From NCBI GenBank assembly GCA_963667035.1, contig OY762964.1, forward strand, positions 2,304,001 through 2,368,000: DNA of 64,000 bases, in the 5' to 3' direction. Below, piece after piece: positions 53,589 to 63,911 of the stretch. The notes below the pieces were generated by a model that was not told the origin of the DNA, did no database searches, and saw only the letters and a program-made list of their open reading frames with translations. Position 1 is the stretch's first letter; the number at the start of each line of letters is the position of its first letter. The DNA comes from Candidatus Cloacimonadales bacterium (GTDB lineage Bacteria; Cloacimonadota; Cloacimonadia; Cloacimonadales; JAFGVF01). A program made the translations under genes and the position numbers.

Positions 53589-54293
53589 CTAATTCTTTGC
53601 TTCTAAAGTTGCAGATGCAATGTTCAGCTTTATACCAGGACTCATAGTAGCGGTTACAGTAATACTCTTAATGTAAACACCTTTGAGTGCACTTGGTTTG
53701 TCTTTTAAAACTGCATTTATGATTGATTTGATATTATCATAAAGCTTGTTTTGTTCGAAGCTGACTTTTCCGGCAGGAATGTGAAGGTTTGAGAACTTAT
53801 CTACACGGTAAGCCACCTTACCACCTTTTGAATCCTGAACGGCTTTAGCTACATCCATTGTAACTGTTCCAACTTTTGGATTTGGCATTAAACCACGAGG
53901 TCCAAGTACTCTACCTAAACGACCAATCTTACCCATTAAGTTTGGAGTTGCTATTACTACGTCAAAATCAATCCAACCTGAATTGATTTTCTCGATATAT
54001 TCATCGAGACCAACATAGTTAGCACCGGCAGCTTGAGCTTCTTCAGCTTTTGCACCTTCTGCAAAAACGAGTACGCTTACCTGTTTTCCGGTTCCGTGGG
54101 GTAAGATAAGGGAGTTACGGATCTGTTGATCAGCCTTACGAGGATCGACACCTAGATTGAAATGAACTTCAACTGTCTCGTCAAATTTAGACGTGGGTAA
54201 TGACTTGAGCAGCTCTATTGCTTCGGCAATATCATATCTTTTCAATCTATCGACCTGGGTAAGGGCTTGGCGATATTTTTTACTTTTATGCAT
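53589..54293 (-). CDS. rplA: 50S ribosomal protein L1
   Basis: 'KFDETVE', '[11 protein letters not shown]'. Confidence 0.98.
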   Translation of the reverse strand: MHKSKKYRQALTQVDRLKRYDIAEAIELLKSLPTSKFDETVEVHFNLGVDPRKADQQIRNSLILPHGTGKQVSVLVFAEGAKAEEAQAAGANYVGLDEYIEKINSGWIDFDVVIATPNLMGKIGRLGRVLGPRGLMPNPKVGTVTMDVAKAVQDSKGGKVAYRVDKFSNLHIPAGKVSFEQNKLYDNIKSIINAVLKDKPSALKGVYIKSITVTATMSPGIKLNIASATLEAKN

Positions 54294-54324
54294 TCATACT
54301 CCTTCTAGAATATTCTTCGCAGGT

Positions 54325-54753
54325 TTAGTCTTCGACTAAAACACCCATACTACGTGCAGTTCCTGCGACCATACTCATAGCGGATTCAATGGAATGACAA
54401 TTCATATCTTGCATTTTCATCTCAGCTATCTTTCTGACAGATTCCTTAGATACTGTACCAACTTTAGTTTTGTTGGGTTCTCCGGAACCTTTAGCTAAAC
54501 CAGCCTCTTTCTTAATTAAAACAGCTGCAGGAGGAGTTTTAATTTCGAACGTGAAAGACTTGTTTTTAGCAACAGAGATAACAACCGGGAAAATCATCCC
54601 CGGGCTGTCTTTTGTTCGATCGTTGAACTGACGGCAAAATTCTGCAATGTTAACACCAGCTTGACCGAGAGCAGGACCGACTGGAGGTGCAGGGGTCGCT
54701 TGTCCGGCAGGTAACTGGAGCTTTACGATAGTTATGTTTTCATTCTTTGCCAT
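54325..54753 (-). CDS. rplK: 50S ribosomal protein L11
   Basis: '[13 protein letters not shown]', 'GTARSMG'. Confidence 0.98.
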   Translation of the reverse strand: MAKNENITIVKLQLPAGQATPAPPVGPALGQAGVNIAEFCRQFNDRTKDSPGMIFPVVISVAKNKSFTFEIKTPPAAVLIKKEAGLAKGSGEPNKTKVGTVSKESVRKIAEMKMQDMNCHSIESAMSMVAGTARSMGVLVED

Positions 54754-54774
54754 TATTCTACCTCATCTATTAAG

Positions 54775-55299
54775 TTATTTTTTAATTTCTACTTGATCGG
54801 CACTTACTTCAACAGGAGTTATTCTTCCGAATACAGTGACATTCACGGTCAGGCGAACCCCATCTCCATCCAGTTTGTCAACGACTCCTTCAAAGTCCAT
54901 AAAAGGACCGGAGATAATATTAACATGATCACCCGGCAGGATTTCGTGCATGGAAGAGCTTCCTTGATCGCGGTTATCAATACCAAGAAGACGATCGACT
55001 TCGTCTTTTGGAAGAGCTATCGGATTCTTTCCGTAGCCCAGAATATGAGTTACACCACTAACATTTAAGATGTAAGTCTTCACTTCAGGGGTTAAATCTG
55101 CTTCAACTATGATATAGCTATTGAATAGCTTTTTCTCACGTTCAATCTTCTTCCCATCACGAATGTGAAAAGTCTTCTGCGTTGGAACCAGTATTCTTCC
55201 TATCTTCCCTTCGATAGGAGTATTAAGGATACCTTTTTCTATGGTCTCCTTAACCCGGTTCTCATGGGAATAATAGGTGTGTACAACATACCATTTCAT
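54775..55299 (-). CDS. nusG: Transcription factor NusG
   Basis: 'KWYVVHT', KOW 'GDHVNIISGPF..FEG', 'FGRITPVE'. Confidence 0.96.
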   Translation of the reverse strand: MKWYVVHTYYSHENRVKETIEKGILNTPIEGKIGRILVPTQKTFHIRDGKKIEREKKLFNSYIIVEADLTPEVKTYILNVSGVTHILGYGKNPIALPKDEVDRLLGIDNRDQGSSSMHEILPGDHVNIISGPFMDFEGVVDKLDGDGVRLTVNVTVFGRITPVEVSADQVEIKK

Positions 55300-55319
55300 A
55301 ACTTGGGTTCCTGTTTTGC

Positions 55320-55508
55320 TTAATATCCGAAGATTACCTTATTGATTAAAAGTTTAAATACCAAATCTACAAGAAACAAAAATACTGCTGTAATGATTGA
55401 CATTACAACTACGGCTGTTGTTCCCTCCACCAAATCGGCTCTTGTTGGCCAACTGACAGATTTCAATTCGGTTCTAACTTCCTTCAAAAACTTTACTAGT
55501 TTATTCAT
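55320..55508 (-). CDS. secE: Preprotein translocase SecE
   Basis: 'ELKSVSWPT' plus TM; synteny. Confidence 0.95.
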   Translation of the reverse strand: MNKLVKFLKEVRTELKSVSWPTRADLVEGTTAVVVMSIITAVFLFLVDLVFKLLINKVIFGY

Positions 55509-55596
55509 ACAACGCTCACATCTTAAACTATAGGATTATAATAAAAAGCCTAATAAGTCAGCGAAACTTTCGCTTCGCTGACTCAAGCTTTATATT

Positions 55597-55672
55597 TGGC
55601 AGGACAGGCAGGACTCGAACCCGCAACACCTGGTTTTGGAGACCAGTGCTCTACCAATTGAACTACTGTCCT
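55597..55672 (-). tRNA. tRNA-Trp (CCA)
   Basis: Cloverleaf, anticodon arm CTGGT-CTCCAAA-ACCAG, encoded CCA end. Confidence 0.97.
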
Positions 55673-55681
55673 GTATAACCA

Positions 55682-55831
55682 CTATTTGTTTTGTTTATGG
55701 TTAGTATGCTTCCGACAAGTTGGGCAATATTTCTTTAATGCCAATCTCTCCGGATGCTTTCTTTTGTTTTTTGTAGTAGTGTAATTTCTATTCTTACACT
55801 CCTGACATTCGAGAATAATAATATCTCTCAT
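55682..55831 (-). CDS. rpmG: 50S ribosomal protein L33, zinc-ribbon (C+) form (absent from the ORF track)
   Basis: [49 protein letters not shown]. Confidence 0.97.
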   Translation of the reverse strand: MRDIIILECQECKNRNYTTTKNKRKHPERLALKKYCPTCRKHTNHKQNK

Positions 55832-55842
55832 CTATCTGCACC

Positions 55843-57027
55843 TTATTCGATGATTGTTCCGACAACTCCGGCACCGATAGTTCTTCCGCCTTCGCGGATA
55901 GCATAACGAAGACCTTGCTCCATAGCGATAGGAGTAATAAGTTCACCGGTGATTTCTAAGTTATCACCAGGCATAACCATTTCTACTCCTTCAGGTAAGT
56001 GCAATGATCCGGTAACATCTGTTGTTCTGAAATAGAACTGAGGACGATAGCCGTCGAAGAATGGTTTATGACGTCCACCCTCATCCTTTGTAAGGATATA
56101 GGTTTTGCCACTGAATTTTGTATGAGGTTTAACGCTCTTTGGTTTAGCGAGAACCATTCCACGTTCGATATCTTCTTTACCCATACCACGAAGCAACATA
56201 CCGATATTGTCACCGGCTTGTGCTTGATCCATAATTTTACGGAACATTTCAACACCTGTACAAGTTGTTTCGATTGTTTCACGAATACCAACTCTTTCAA
56301 CTTTGTCCTGCATTTTGATGATTCCACGCTCAACACGACCGGTAGCAACTGTACCACGGCCAGGAATTGAGAATACATCTTCAACAGGCATAAGGAAAGG
56401 CTGATCAACTGCACGATCAGGTTCCGGAATATAAGAGTCAACAGCGTCGATCAATTCCTGGACCTGAGCTTCACCCTCAGGATCTCCGTTAAGAGCCTTA
56501 AGAGCTGAACCTTTGATGATAGGGATATCATCACCAGGGAAATCGTATGTTGAAAGAAGGTCTCTAACTTCCATTTCTACAAGTTCGAGAAGCTCTTCAT
56601 CATCAACAAGGTCAACTTTGTTGAGGAAAACGACCATAGCTGGAACACCAACCTGGCGAGCGAGCAAGATGTGCTCACGAGTCTGAGGCATAGGACCGTC
56701 AGCCGCACTAACAACAAGAATAGCACCGTCCATCTGTGCTGCACCTGTGATCATGTTTTTAACATAGTCAGCGTGACCAGGGCAGTCGACGTGTGCATAG
56801 TGACGGATTTCTGATTCGTATTCAACGTGAGCTGTAGCGATTGTTATACCACGAGCTTTTTCTTCTGGTGCGTTATCAATTGAATCGAACGATCTGAATT
56901 GCGCACCGCTTTTTTTACTGAGATACAAAGTCATTGCGGCTGTTAAAGTAGTTTTACCATGGTCAACATGACCAATGGTTCCTACATTAACATGGGGCTT
57001 GGTGCGTACAAATTTCTGTTTTGCCAT
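55843..57027 (-). CDS. tuf: Elongation factor Tu
   Basis: [23 protein letters not shown]. Confidence 0.99.
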   Translation of the reverse strand: MAKQKFVRTKPHVNVGTIGHVDHGKTTLTAAMTLYLSKKSGAQFRSFDSIDNAPEEKARGITIATAHVEYESEIRHYAHVDCPGHADYVKNMITGAAQMDGAILVVSAADGPMPQTREHILLARQVGVPAMVVFLNKVDLVDDEELLELVEMEVRDLLSTYDFPGDDIPIIKGSALKALNGDPEGEAQVQELIDAVDSYIPEPDRAVDQPFLMPVEDVFSIPGRGTVATGRVERGIIKMQDKVERVGIRETIETTCTGVEMFRKIMDQAQAGDNIGMLLRGMGKEDIERGMVLAKPKSVKPHTKFSGKTYILTKDEGGRHKPFFDGYRPQFYFRTTDVTGSLHLPEGVEMVMPGDNLEITGELITPIAMEQGLRYAIREGGRTIGAGVVGTIIE

Positions 57028-57085
57028 TTCTCCTCCCAGAGGTAATGTAGTTGTATTAGTTTTTTTATATTTCTATAAATAACAA

Positions 57086-57161
57086 TGGAGCTCATGATCG
57101 GACTTGAACCGATGACCTCGTCCTTACCAAGGAAGTGCTCTACCGGCTGAGCTACATGAGC
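57086..57161 (-). tRNA. tRNA-Thr (GGT)
   Basis: Cloverleaf, anticodon GGT, CCA end. Confidence 0.96.
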
Positions 57162-57174
57162 TTGTATAAAATAT

Positions 57175-57251
57175 TGGAGCGGGAGACGGGATTCGAACCC
57201 GCGACCCTCAGCTTGGAAGGCTGATGCTCTAGCCAACTGAGCTACTCCCGC
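57175..57251 (-). tRNA. tRNA-Gly (TCC)
   Basis: Cloverleaf, anticodon TCC, CCA end. Confidence 0.96.
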
Positions 57252-57282
57252 AAACATAACTGCGACTTTACATAAAAATAAA

Positions 57283-57368
57283 TGGTGGAGAGGGAAGGAT
57301 TTGAACCTTCGAAGGCGTCCGCCGACAGATTTACAGTCTGTTCCCTTTGACCACTCGGGAACCTCTCC
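57283..57368 (-). tRNA. tRNA-Tyr (GTA)
   Basis: Long variable arm, anticodon GTA, CCA end. Confidence 0.96.
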
Positions 57369-57374
57369 ACTTTA

Positions 57375-57449
57375 TGGAGCCGAAGAAGGGAATCGAACCC
57401 CCAACCTAGTGATTACAAATCACTTGCTCTACCGTTGAGCTACTTCGGC
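57375..57449 (-). tRNA. tRNA-Thr (TGT)
   Basis: Cloverleaf, anticodon TGT, CCA end. Confidence 0.96.
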
Positions 57450-57875
57450 TCGTCATGTTGCGTCATAAAACTTTTCGCTTTCTCTATGTCAAGATATTTT
57501 ACATCTTTTTTATTGCTCATCCACACACTATGCATACTTCAAATATCTTTTGCAATATCATCGCAAAAAATAAAACCACTTGCATTATGTCAAATTTTTT
57601 TTCTTAACCTTTACTAAACCTTTTGTTAACTATGAAATTACATCTTAACTTTTACTCGCTAACTTCTGCTCATATCGCAATTCTATTCTCTTTTTTTCTT
57701 CATTAAATACACCTTTGTTTTTTCCGTCAGAACAAGAATTCTTTTGATACACTTGAGATCACACTAACTGTATTTTCTGCTTTTTAGCTTTTCTGTAGCG
57801 GAAATTTGATTCTACACATCAAAAAATCTACCCCACTTCATCAATCAATAAAGGTTGAGTCCTGATGTGATACTT

Positions 57876-57995
57876 CCAACCACCAATTTTTCGAAAGTTT
57901 TTCTCCCATTTTTCTCTCGTTTCTATCTCGTTGCGAGCAACGGGAGACCAACGGGAGAGCAACGGGAGACTAACCCGAGAGAAACCCGTGGTTGG
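57876..57995. repeat. 120-bp imperfect palindrome made of 11-bp phased units
   Basis: 'aac' at 57939, 57950, 57961, 57972, 57983 (caacgggagac-like units); reverse-complement units ending at 57899, 57910, 57921, 57932; outer ccaaccac/gtggttgg on the same axis. Confidence 0.85.
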
Positions 57996-58194
57996 TGGAC
58001 GAGCAAAAGGATTCATTAATGGTATAGAAATGGGACCAAAATAGGAGATAAATAGAAATTGAGGAAATGCTGTTTTACCTTGCAATTTTTAAACCAGTTG
58101 AAAGCTCCACATATCATTTTGCAAGAACTATAAAAGCACTATTTATTCAATATGTTTATAAATAGTGAATTGCGTACCTCATGTCTACATTAAG

Positions 58195-58252
58195 CCGGGT
58201 ACGCAAGCTTCCAGCTCGCATTAGGAGATGCCGACAGGATGCCGGCGTACCA
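58195..58252. repeat. REP-like inverted doublet (same family as 20608-20768 and 23874-23929)
   Basis: ccgggtacgcaagcttccagctcgca ... tgccgacaggatgccggcgtacca. Confidence 0.7.
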
Positions 58253-58255
58253 ATC

Positions 58256-58302
58256 GTAGTGCATGTGCCCTCACTTGCACATAGCTCAAAGAGCTATACT
58301 AC
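58256..58302. repeat. Double-hairpin repeat, copy 1
   Basis: gtagtgcatgtgccctcacttgcacatagctcaaagagctatactac; 44/47 identical to 60478-60524. Confidence 0.9.
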
Positions 58303-60353
58303 TTCATTAAAAGCATCTTATTACTTCTCTGTTCCCGCTCCGTTTTCACAACCGTGAAATATACACCGGTAGCTACAGTCCTATTATGCTCATCGGTTCC
58401 ATCCCATTTAAGAATATAGCCTCCTTGGGATTTGTAGCCTTTATAGAGTTGTTTTACTCTTTGTCCTCTGATATTGAAGATACTAACCTCTACTTCTCCA
58501 CTCTCAGGTATGGAATAACTAATAGTAGTTGAAGGATTAAAAGGATTGGGGAAGTTCGTAACTTTAATATTAGATACTTGAGGGGACACTTCATATTCAT
58601 CCGTGTAAGTTGTATTTGGCATTAAGTAGATATCAGCTTCATTCCAAGTATAAATTGAGCTAACACGTCTAGTTACATTTGTCGAGTCGTAGAATACTCT
58701 TTGTACAACAAAGTCATACATTCCGTGAACTAAGGGTAGTTCAAAATATCCGGTACTATCACTGACAACAAACTGACTATAGTCCTCGGCATTATGAATG
58801 AGTACATAAGGTACTATCTCTTCATTTCCAAGACACTTTCTTGTATAACCTCTGATTCCACCTAAAGCAGGTGCTCCATATTCATAAGGACCAATATCAG
58901 GTTGAGCAATTCCATCACCATCTCCATCCCAGAATCGTTCAGTAAATCCTCCTGCATAGTTACACCAGTTTAAGGTATCTACCCAACATCCGGCATCTAT
59001 TGCCGGTGAATCCGGTGCAGGTCTGAAATCTCTTCCTTCATAATCTACAAAGAGATTTGCTATACTATCAGGATCTACATATATGTTACCACCAAGATCA
59101 ATCATATTATCACCGGTAATCGGAAAATCTAAAATACAGTTTTTGAAGGACTTTACTCTTACCGGATATGCTGGTGCAATATTTTGATTTCCAACTATTA
59201 TATCGTTAAGATATCCAAGAGAAGTAGACCTAACTGCATATTGATTATCAATGCTAGCATTATTATGGTTATTAACTAATCCACCTAACGCACTATCTCC
59301 TGATACATTGTCATAAAACACTTGATTTGAGTTAACTATATTTGTCGGAAAACATGAAGCATTGTTATACTGATTGCTTATAAATGAACTTGATATTGTA
59401 GAAGGCATATTATTCCCTTCAAAATAATTGTCAATTACGTGGACTTCTCCTCCATATATTGAATCAAATCCACCAATAAACTTATTAGATCTTATATAGG
59501 CTTCATCAAAAATTCTAAGAGCTTGATGAGAATCAATAAACTCATTCTTATACACAAAATTATAATTGTCATTAAGACGAAAATTATAGTTAGTTGCATC
59601 CGTAGAGTTAAATGTGTTGAATGCTACTATGTTGCTATACAAAGTTGAGCGAAAATGATTTAAAAATTCATTATTTGCTACTAATCCACCATATATCTTG
59701 TAGTTATTCCAAAATATTAACATTGCTTCATTTGCATAAGGAATATCAGTATAAATTACTTCGTCAGTTGATTCAAATTTATTGTCAGTTATTTCTATCT
59801 GTTTATCGTGACATACACTCCAGACTGCTCCCCAACAATTGTAAAAACTACAGTGGTTAACAATTAAATTTGAACCATTCCCCTCAATTGCACCGCCTAA
59901 AGTATAGCCTATTCCCATACCGGTTCTGGAAGTATACTCAAATCTACAATATCTGAACACTCCCATATTACTCTCATAATCTAAGTAAATGTTACCCCAG
60001 AAAGTCTTATAACTACCGTTCATTCTTGTGAACAAGATGGGATTTTCTTCTGTTCCCTCGGCAATTATATTACCGTGACACCATATAATTTTACCTTCAT
60101 TATTACCTCCATTGTAATGATAACCGGAATTTAGTTCTTCAATATTCAAAATTCGTCTTGAATTAACATAAATCTCAGTACCGGGTAGGATAGTCAAAGT
60201 TACACCCTCATTAATAATCAGATTATTAGTAATTTGAACCGGATTATCAGTTGGACTCCAGATTGTATCCTGAGTCATTACTCCACCGACTTGTATTGAT
60301 GATAAGCTGATTATTAATGAAAAGAGTATTAATGATAATGTAAATCTTTTCAT
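58299..60353 (-). CDS. Secreted beta-helix protein with FlgD-Ig/T9SS-like C-terminal domain
   Basis: Signal peptide; 'IIAEGTEENPILFT'; choice-of-anchor-Q-like 'DFRPAPDSPAIDAG...PDIGPYE'; tail 'NFPNPFNPSTTISY...VATGVYF...KMLLMK'. Confidence 0.85.
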   Translation of the reverse strand: MKRFTLSLILFSLIISLSSIQVGGVMTQDTIWSPTDNPVQITNNLIINEGVTLTILPGTEIYVNSRRILNIEELNSGYHYNGGNNEGKIIWCHGNIIAEGTEENPILFTRMNGSYKTFWGNIYLDYESNMGVFRYCRFEYTSRTGMGIGYTLGGAIEGNGSNLIVNHCSFYNCWGAVWSVCHDKQIEITDNKFESTDEVIYTDIPYANEAMLIFWNNYKIYGGLVANNEFLNHFRSTLYSNIVAFNTFNSTDATNYNFRLNDNYNFVYKNEFIDSHQALRIFDEAYIRSNKFIGGFDSIYGGEVHVIDNYFEGNNMPSTISSSFISNQYNNASCFPTNIVNSNQVFYDNVSGDSALGGLVNNHNNASIDNQYAVRSTSLGYLNDIIVGNQNIAPAYPVRVKSFKNCILDFPITGDNMIDLGGNIYVDPDSIANLFVDYEGRDFRPAPDSPAIDAGCWVDTLNWCNYAGGFTERFWDGDGDGIAQPDIGPYEYGAPALGGIRGYTRKCLGNEEIVPYVLIHNAEDYSQFVVSDSTGYFELPLVHGMYDFVVQRVFYDSTNVTRRVSSIYTWNEADIYLMPNTTYTDEYEVSPQVSNIKVTNFPNPFNPSTTISYSIPESGEVEVSIFNIRGQRVKQLYKGYKSQGGYILKWDGTDEHNRTVATGVYFTVVKTEREQRSNKMLLMK

Positions 60354-60477
60354 TGAACCTCCAAGACATATTATGTAATATATTAATAGTTATGTCAATA
60401 GAAAAGTACATTAGAGGAGTTGTGGCATATCTGCCGACTACGTCGTCACAGCAACTCAGGAGAGTTGCAGTACAATA

Positions 60478-60524
60478 GCAGTGCAAGTGCCCTCACTTGC
60501 ACATAGCTCAAAGAGCTATACTAG
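60478..60524. repeat. Double-hairpin repeat, copy 2
   Basis: gcagtgcaagtgccctcacttgcacatagctcaaagagctatactag. Confidence 0.9.
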
Positions 60525-60555
60525 TATAAAAGATTCTCAGGTAAACATTAAAACA

Positions 60556-60583
60556 AAATAGACCGGATAAACCGGTCTATTTT
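60556..60583 (-). terminator. Terminator after the 1099-aa gene
   Basis: aaaatagaccgg-ataaa-ccggtctatttt. Confidence 0.75.
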
Positions 60584-60611
60584 GATTATGTTTATGATAA
60601 CGAAATAATAA

Positions 60612-63600
60612 TTACTTCATTAATATCATTTTTCTTGTCCTTGTATATGGACCTGCATGAAGTTTATAGAAATAAACACCGCTGGCTACTCTTCTTCCTT
60701 CACTATCAACACCTTTCCAGACATAGCTATGTTGACCTGCGTTCAGAACATCGTTAACAAGAGTGGTAACCAACTGTCCTCTTTGATTGTAAATCTTCAA
60801 CTCGGTAGCACTTCTCTCTTTCAGATTGAAGCTTAGAGTTGTTTCAGGATTAAACGGATTAGGATAGTTACTATCCAGAACAGTTGAGTTTATTTGATTG
60901 ACCTCACCTTCAACAGATGTAGGAATCAAGCTTCCTGTGAAGACTTCGTCAAACATCAAGTAGTCAACAGTTACATCACTTTCTTCCTGATGACCCACAT
61001 TATTGAATCTGATTGAATAAACAGCATCATTAGTATTCAATTCGGTCACACTAAATCCACCGAGATAAAGTTCACCTTCTGTGCCTGCATTAACCATAAC
61101 AGGCATGTCTGCAAGATTAGAAACAACTTCAACATATTGAAGTTCTTCAGGATTATATCTTAACTTCATACCTGTAGATGAGAAATTATCCTCACAATAA
61201 ACATCAAGGCGAACTCCATTTCTATCTGTAATCAGCGGAACAATCTCCTGAATAGGAAGAGTTCTTGTAACTGTATTCGGATAGTTGCCGGAAGGATCTC
61301 CTATCGCAATAGCTGTGAAATCACGCGAATGCGGGCTGCTTAAAGTGATAGAAACATCTTCAGGAGTAAACATCCAATTACCTGCAGGGAATGAATCAAT
61401 GAGATTGATTGCATATTGAACCATCATAGCTGCATCATAAGCATCTGTTACATCATTACCGCTTACATCACCTGCAATAATCTGAGAACTGTTAAACGCC
61501 CATGTATTCAGAGCATATTGTGCTGTAATAGATGCATCATAAGGTGTTACAGTTAAGAAAGGAAGCTGGTCATCTTTCGATAAACTAAAACTATAATCAC
61601 CTGCATAAAGAGGATCAAAGGCAAAAGAACCATCATTAAGAGTAGATACGGAACCGGATTCAATTCCTTCGATAGATACATCCACACCTTGAATAGGAGC
61701 ATTCTCATTATAATAACTCACAGAACCCGATAAGGAATACTTGTTTCTGACAGTGAAAACTCCACTCTGCTGTGTGACGGGAATATCCGCATCATTAAAT
61801 ACAAATGAACTGAATCCCATGTTCCCGGTAATGAAGTCATTCTCTCCGCTATGTACATTGAAAAGCACATATATAAGGTTACCGTCTTCAGAAAGATTGG
61901 TAGCACTATAGCCATTAACATCTATTTGGCCTGGAATTGAATTATTATAGTTCACACTCCATGACTCCGATAATGTTCCATCGATTTCTATACCGGTAGC
62001 AACTAAAAGAGTCGGATCATAAACAAGGCTGAATTGCCAAGAGATGAAACCGAATCTATCATGAGCATTAGTTATATTAACCGGAACCATAACCTGATTT
62101 GCTGATTCGCCATAGGTATCTGCAACTTTTGCAGTAACTGGACCAACCATAACCTGTTCACTTGAATAAGCTGTAACGACAGGATTGACTCCATCATCGA
62201 TAACAGCTGAAATGTAATACAATCCATAAGGAACTTCAGATACATCCCATGTATAGGAATCAGTTGTTGAATCTTCTCTAATTGTACTAACAATTGTTAC
62301 TCCTGCATCAGTATTTACAGGAGTATAGCCTAAGGTTATAACAGCATCATCATCTATATCATAATCAGACCAAGTAATTTCAACTGTACTTGGATTCAAT
62401 ATAAGAGTATCAGGAGTTAATACTGTTACCTGTGGAGCCAAGTTTACAAGTGTAGCACCTGCAACAGGTTCAGTAGTTTGTGCACCTGTATAATCAGATA
62501 ATCCGTTTGTAAGAGTATAAAGCTCATCCTGAATATTATCTGTAGTTCCCCACCAGTTGCCTGTTAAGTCAACCGATGCAGTGTAATTTAAATTGATAGA
62601 TTGATAGTTCAATGACCCTATATCATATTCAATTTCTTCAATACGACCACTATATGAGTAGATAGAATATCCACCACACAGTACTCTTATATTAGATGTT
62701 GTAAGTGATGAGTCTATATTGAACCAAGCGTCATAGTTAGTATCAGTACTTGTATTAGTTCTTGTATAGCTCCAGAAGTTGTTACTATTCGTATCATAAG
62801 CTCTAAAATAGTAATCATCTGATGAACCGTTATGGTCAGCATAACCCGATGCATGAATTCTTGTAATCAGATTAATCGGAAGCAATGTTGAATAATAGCT
62901 ACTATAGCCACCTGCTGAATAAAGCTGAGAAGTAGGAATATCTTCAACGAAAAGATAAGAAGTAGGGTTTCCTCCATTATCATGTATCGAACAGCTATTA
63001 AATGCCATTGATGTTTCGTTCATAAGAAGAATGCCACTATTTCCATTACCAGTAATAACAGAGCTATCGGTTGTTCCATCATAAACACCATTTATATAGA
63101 TTCCAAAGATGGAGTTATCATTGATATCACAATCAGTAATTGTACCTGTACTGCCTGAACCTGTCTCTGTTAACGAAATTCCTTTTTCATCATTATATGA
63201 GATAGAGCTATTCAGCAATGTAAAATCACTATTGGTAACATTTAACCCACATTCCTGATTGCTTACAAGTCTTGAGTTACTTACTGTGATAGTAGCATCA
63301 CCGTTAACATCGAAACCATCAGAGCCATTATTACTTGAGAACAAACCATCAGCTAAAATTATTGCATTTGATGCAGCATAGATGCCATCGTCATCACAGT
63401 TTTTAATAATCACATCCGTAAGACTTAACTGACCGGAAACTGAATCATTAGCAATAATGCCAATGTTTCCACAATTCTTGATAGTAACATCGGTTAAAGA
63501 GAGATATTTTCCTTCTTCTGTGATACCATCATAAGCATATTCGATAACAGCACAATCAATTGTACTATAAACACTCGTAGGGTTATCATGAGTGATACCT

Positions 63601-63911
63601 TTCCAGTCACCGGGTTGCGGATTCGTTTCCCATGAAGTGAATGTAACAGGGTTGATTTCAGTACCATTAACATCAAGCCGACCATTAACGATAAAATCAA
63701 TATCACCTATACCATCATTAGCTACATCTATCTTTAAGAAGGATACAGTTACTCCAGGTTCAATAGTTAGTGTAATGTCTGTATCTATCCATACGTCACC
63801 TGTGATGATAATATCATTATCCCAAACCGTATTCTGTGTTATATGTCCTGAGAAGGCATTTAGTGAGAGACAAACTATTATTAATGTCATGATTGATAAT
63901 ATCTTTTTCAT
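60612..63911 (-). CDS. Large secreted protein: beta-helix, Ig-like, cohesin-like, dockerin-like and FlgD-Ig/T9SS-like domains
   Basis: Signal peptide; beta-helix repeats; cohesin-like 'VMVPVNI...QFSLVYDPTLL...GNLIYVLFNV'; dockerin-like 'GDVSGNDVTDAYDAAMMVQY'; tail 'NYPNPFNPETT...ASGVYFY...KMILMK'. Confidence 0.85.
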   Translation of the reverse strand: MKKILSIMTLIIVCLSLNAFSGHITQNTVWDNDIIITGDVWIDTDITLTIEPGVTVSFLKIDVANDGIGDIDFIVNGRLDVNGTEINPVTFTSWETNPQPGDWKGITHDNPTSVYSTIDCAVIEYAYDGITEEGKYLSLTDVTIKNCGNIGIIANDSVSGQLSLTDVIIKNCDDDGIYAASNAIILADGLFSSNNGSDGFDVNGDATITVSNSRLVSNQECGLNVTNSDFTLLNSSISYNDEKGISLTETGSGSTGTITDCDINDNSIFGIYINGVYDGTTDSSVITGNGNSGILLMNETSMAFNSCSIHDNGGNPTSYLFVEDIPTSQLYSAGGYSSYYSTLLPINLITRIHASGYADHNGSSDDYYFRAYDTNSNNFWSYTRTNTSTDTNYDAWFNIDSSLTTSNIRVLCGGYSIYSYSGRIEEIEYDIGSLNYQSINLNYTASVDLTGNWWGTTDNIQDELYTLTNGLSDYTGAQTTEPVAGATLVNLAPQVTVLTPDTLILNPSTVEITWSDYDIDDDAVITLGYTPVNTDAGVTIVSTIREDSTTDSYTWDVSEVPYGLYYISAVIDDGVNPVVTAYSSEQVMVGPVTAKVADTYGESANQVMVPVNITNAHDRFGFISWQFSLVYDPTLLVATGIEIDGTLSESWSVNYNNSIPGQIDVNGYSATNLSEDGNLIYVLFNVHSGENDFITGNMGFSSFVFNDADIPVTQQSGVFTVRNKYSLSGSVSYYNENAPIQGVDVSIEGIESGSVSTLNDGSFAFDPLYAGDYSFSLSKDDQLPFLTVTPYDASITAQYALNTWAFNSSQIIAGDVSGNDVTDAYDAAMMVQYAINLIDSFPAGNWMFTPEDVSITLSSPHSRDFTAIAIGDPSGNYPNTVTRTLPIQEIVPLITDRNGVRLDVYCEDNFSSTGMKLRYNPEELQYVEVVSNLADMPVMVNAGTEGELYLGGFSVTELNTNDAVYSIRFNNVGHQEESDVTVDYLMFDEVFTGSLIPTSVEGEVNQINSTVLDSNYPNPFNPETTLSFNLKERSATELKIYNQRGQLVTTLVNDVLNAGQHSYVWKGVDSEGRRVASGVYFYKLHAGPYTRTRKMILMK

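Noticed and set aside
55555..55582. Novel RNA between tRNA-Trp and secE
   Set aside because: A simple agtcagcgaa/ttcgctgact hairpin, adequately explained as a processing or attenuation stem.
57876..58053. CRISPR array
   Set aside because: Units are 11 bp, abut without unique spacers, and there are no cas genes in the window.
57828..58085. 85-aa ORF
   Set aside because: It reads through the 11-mer palindrome; no SD or protein-like features.
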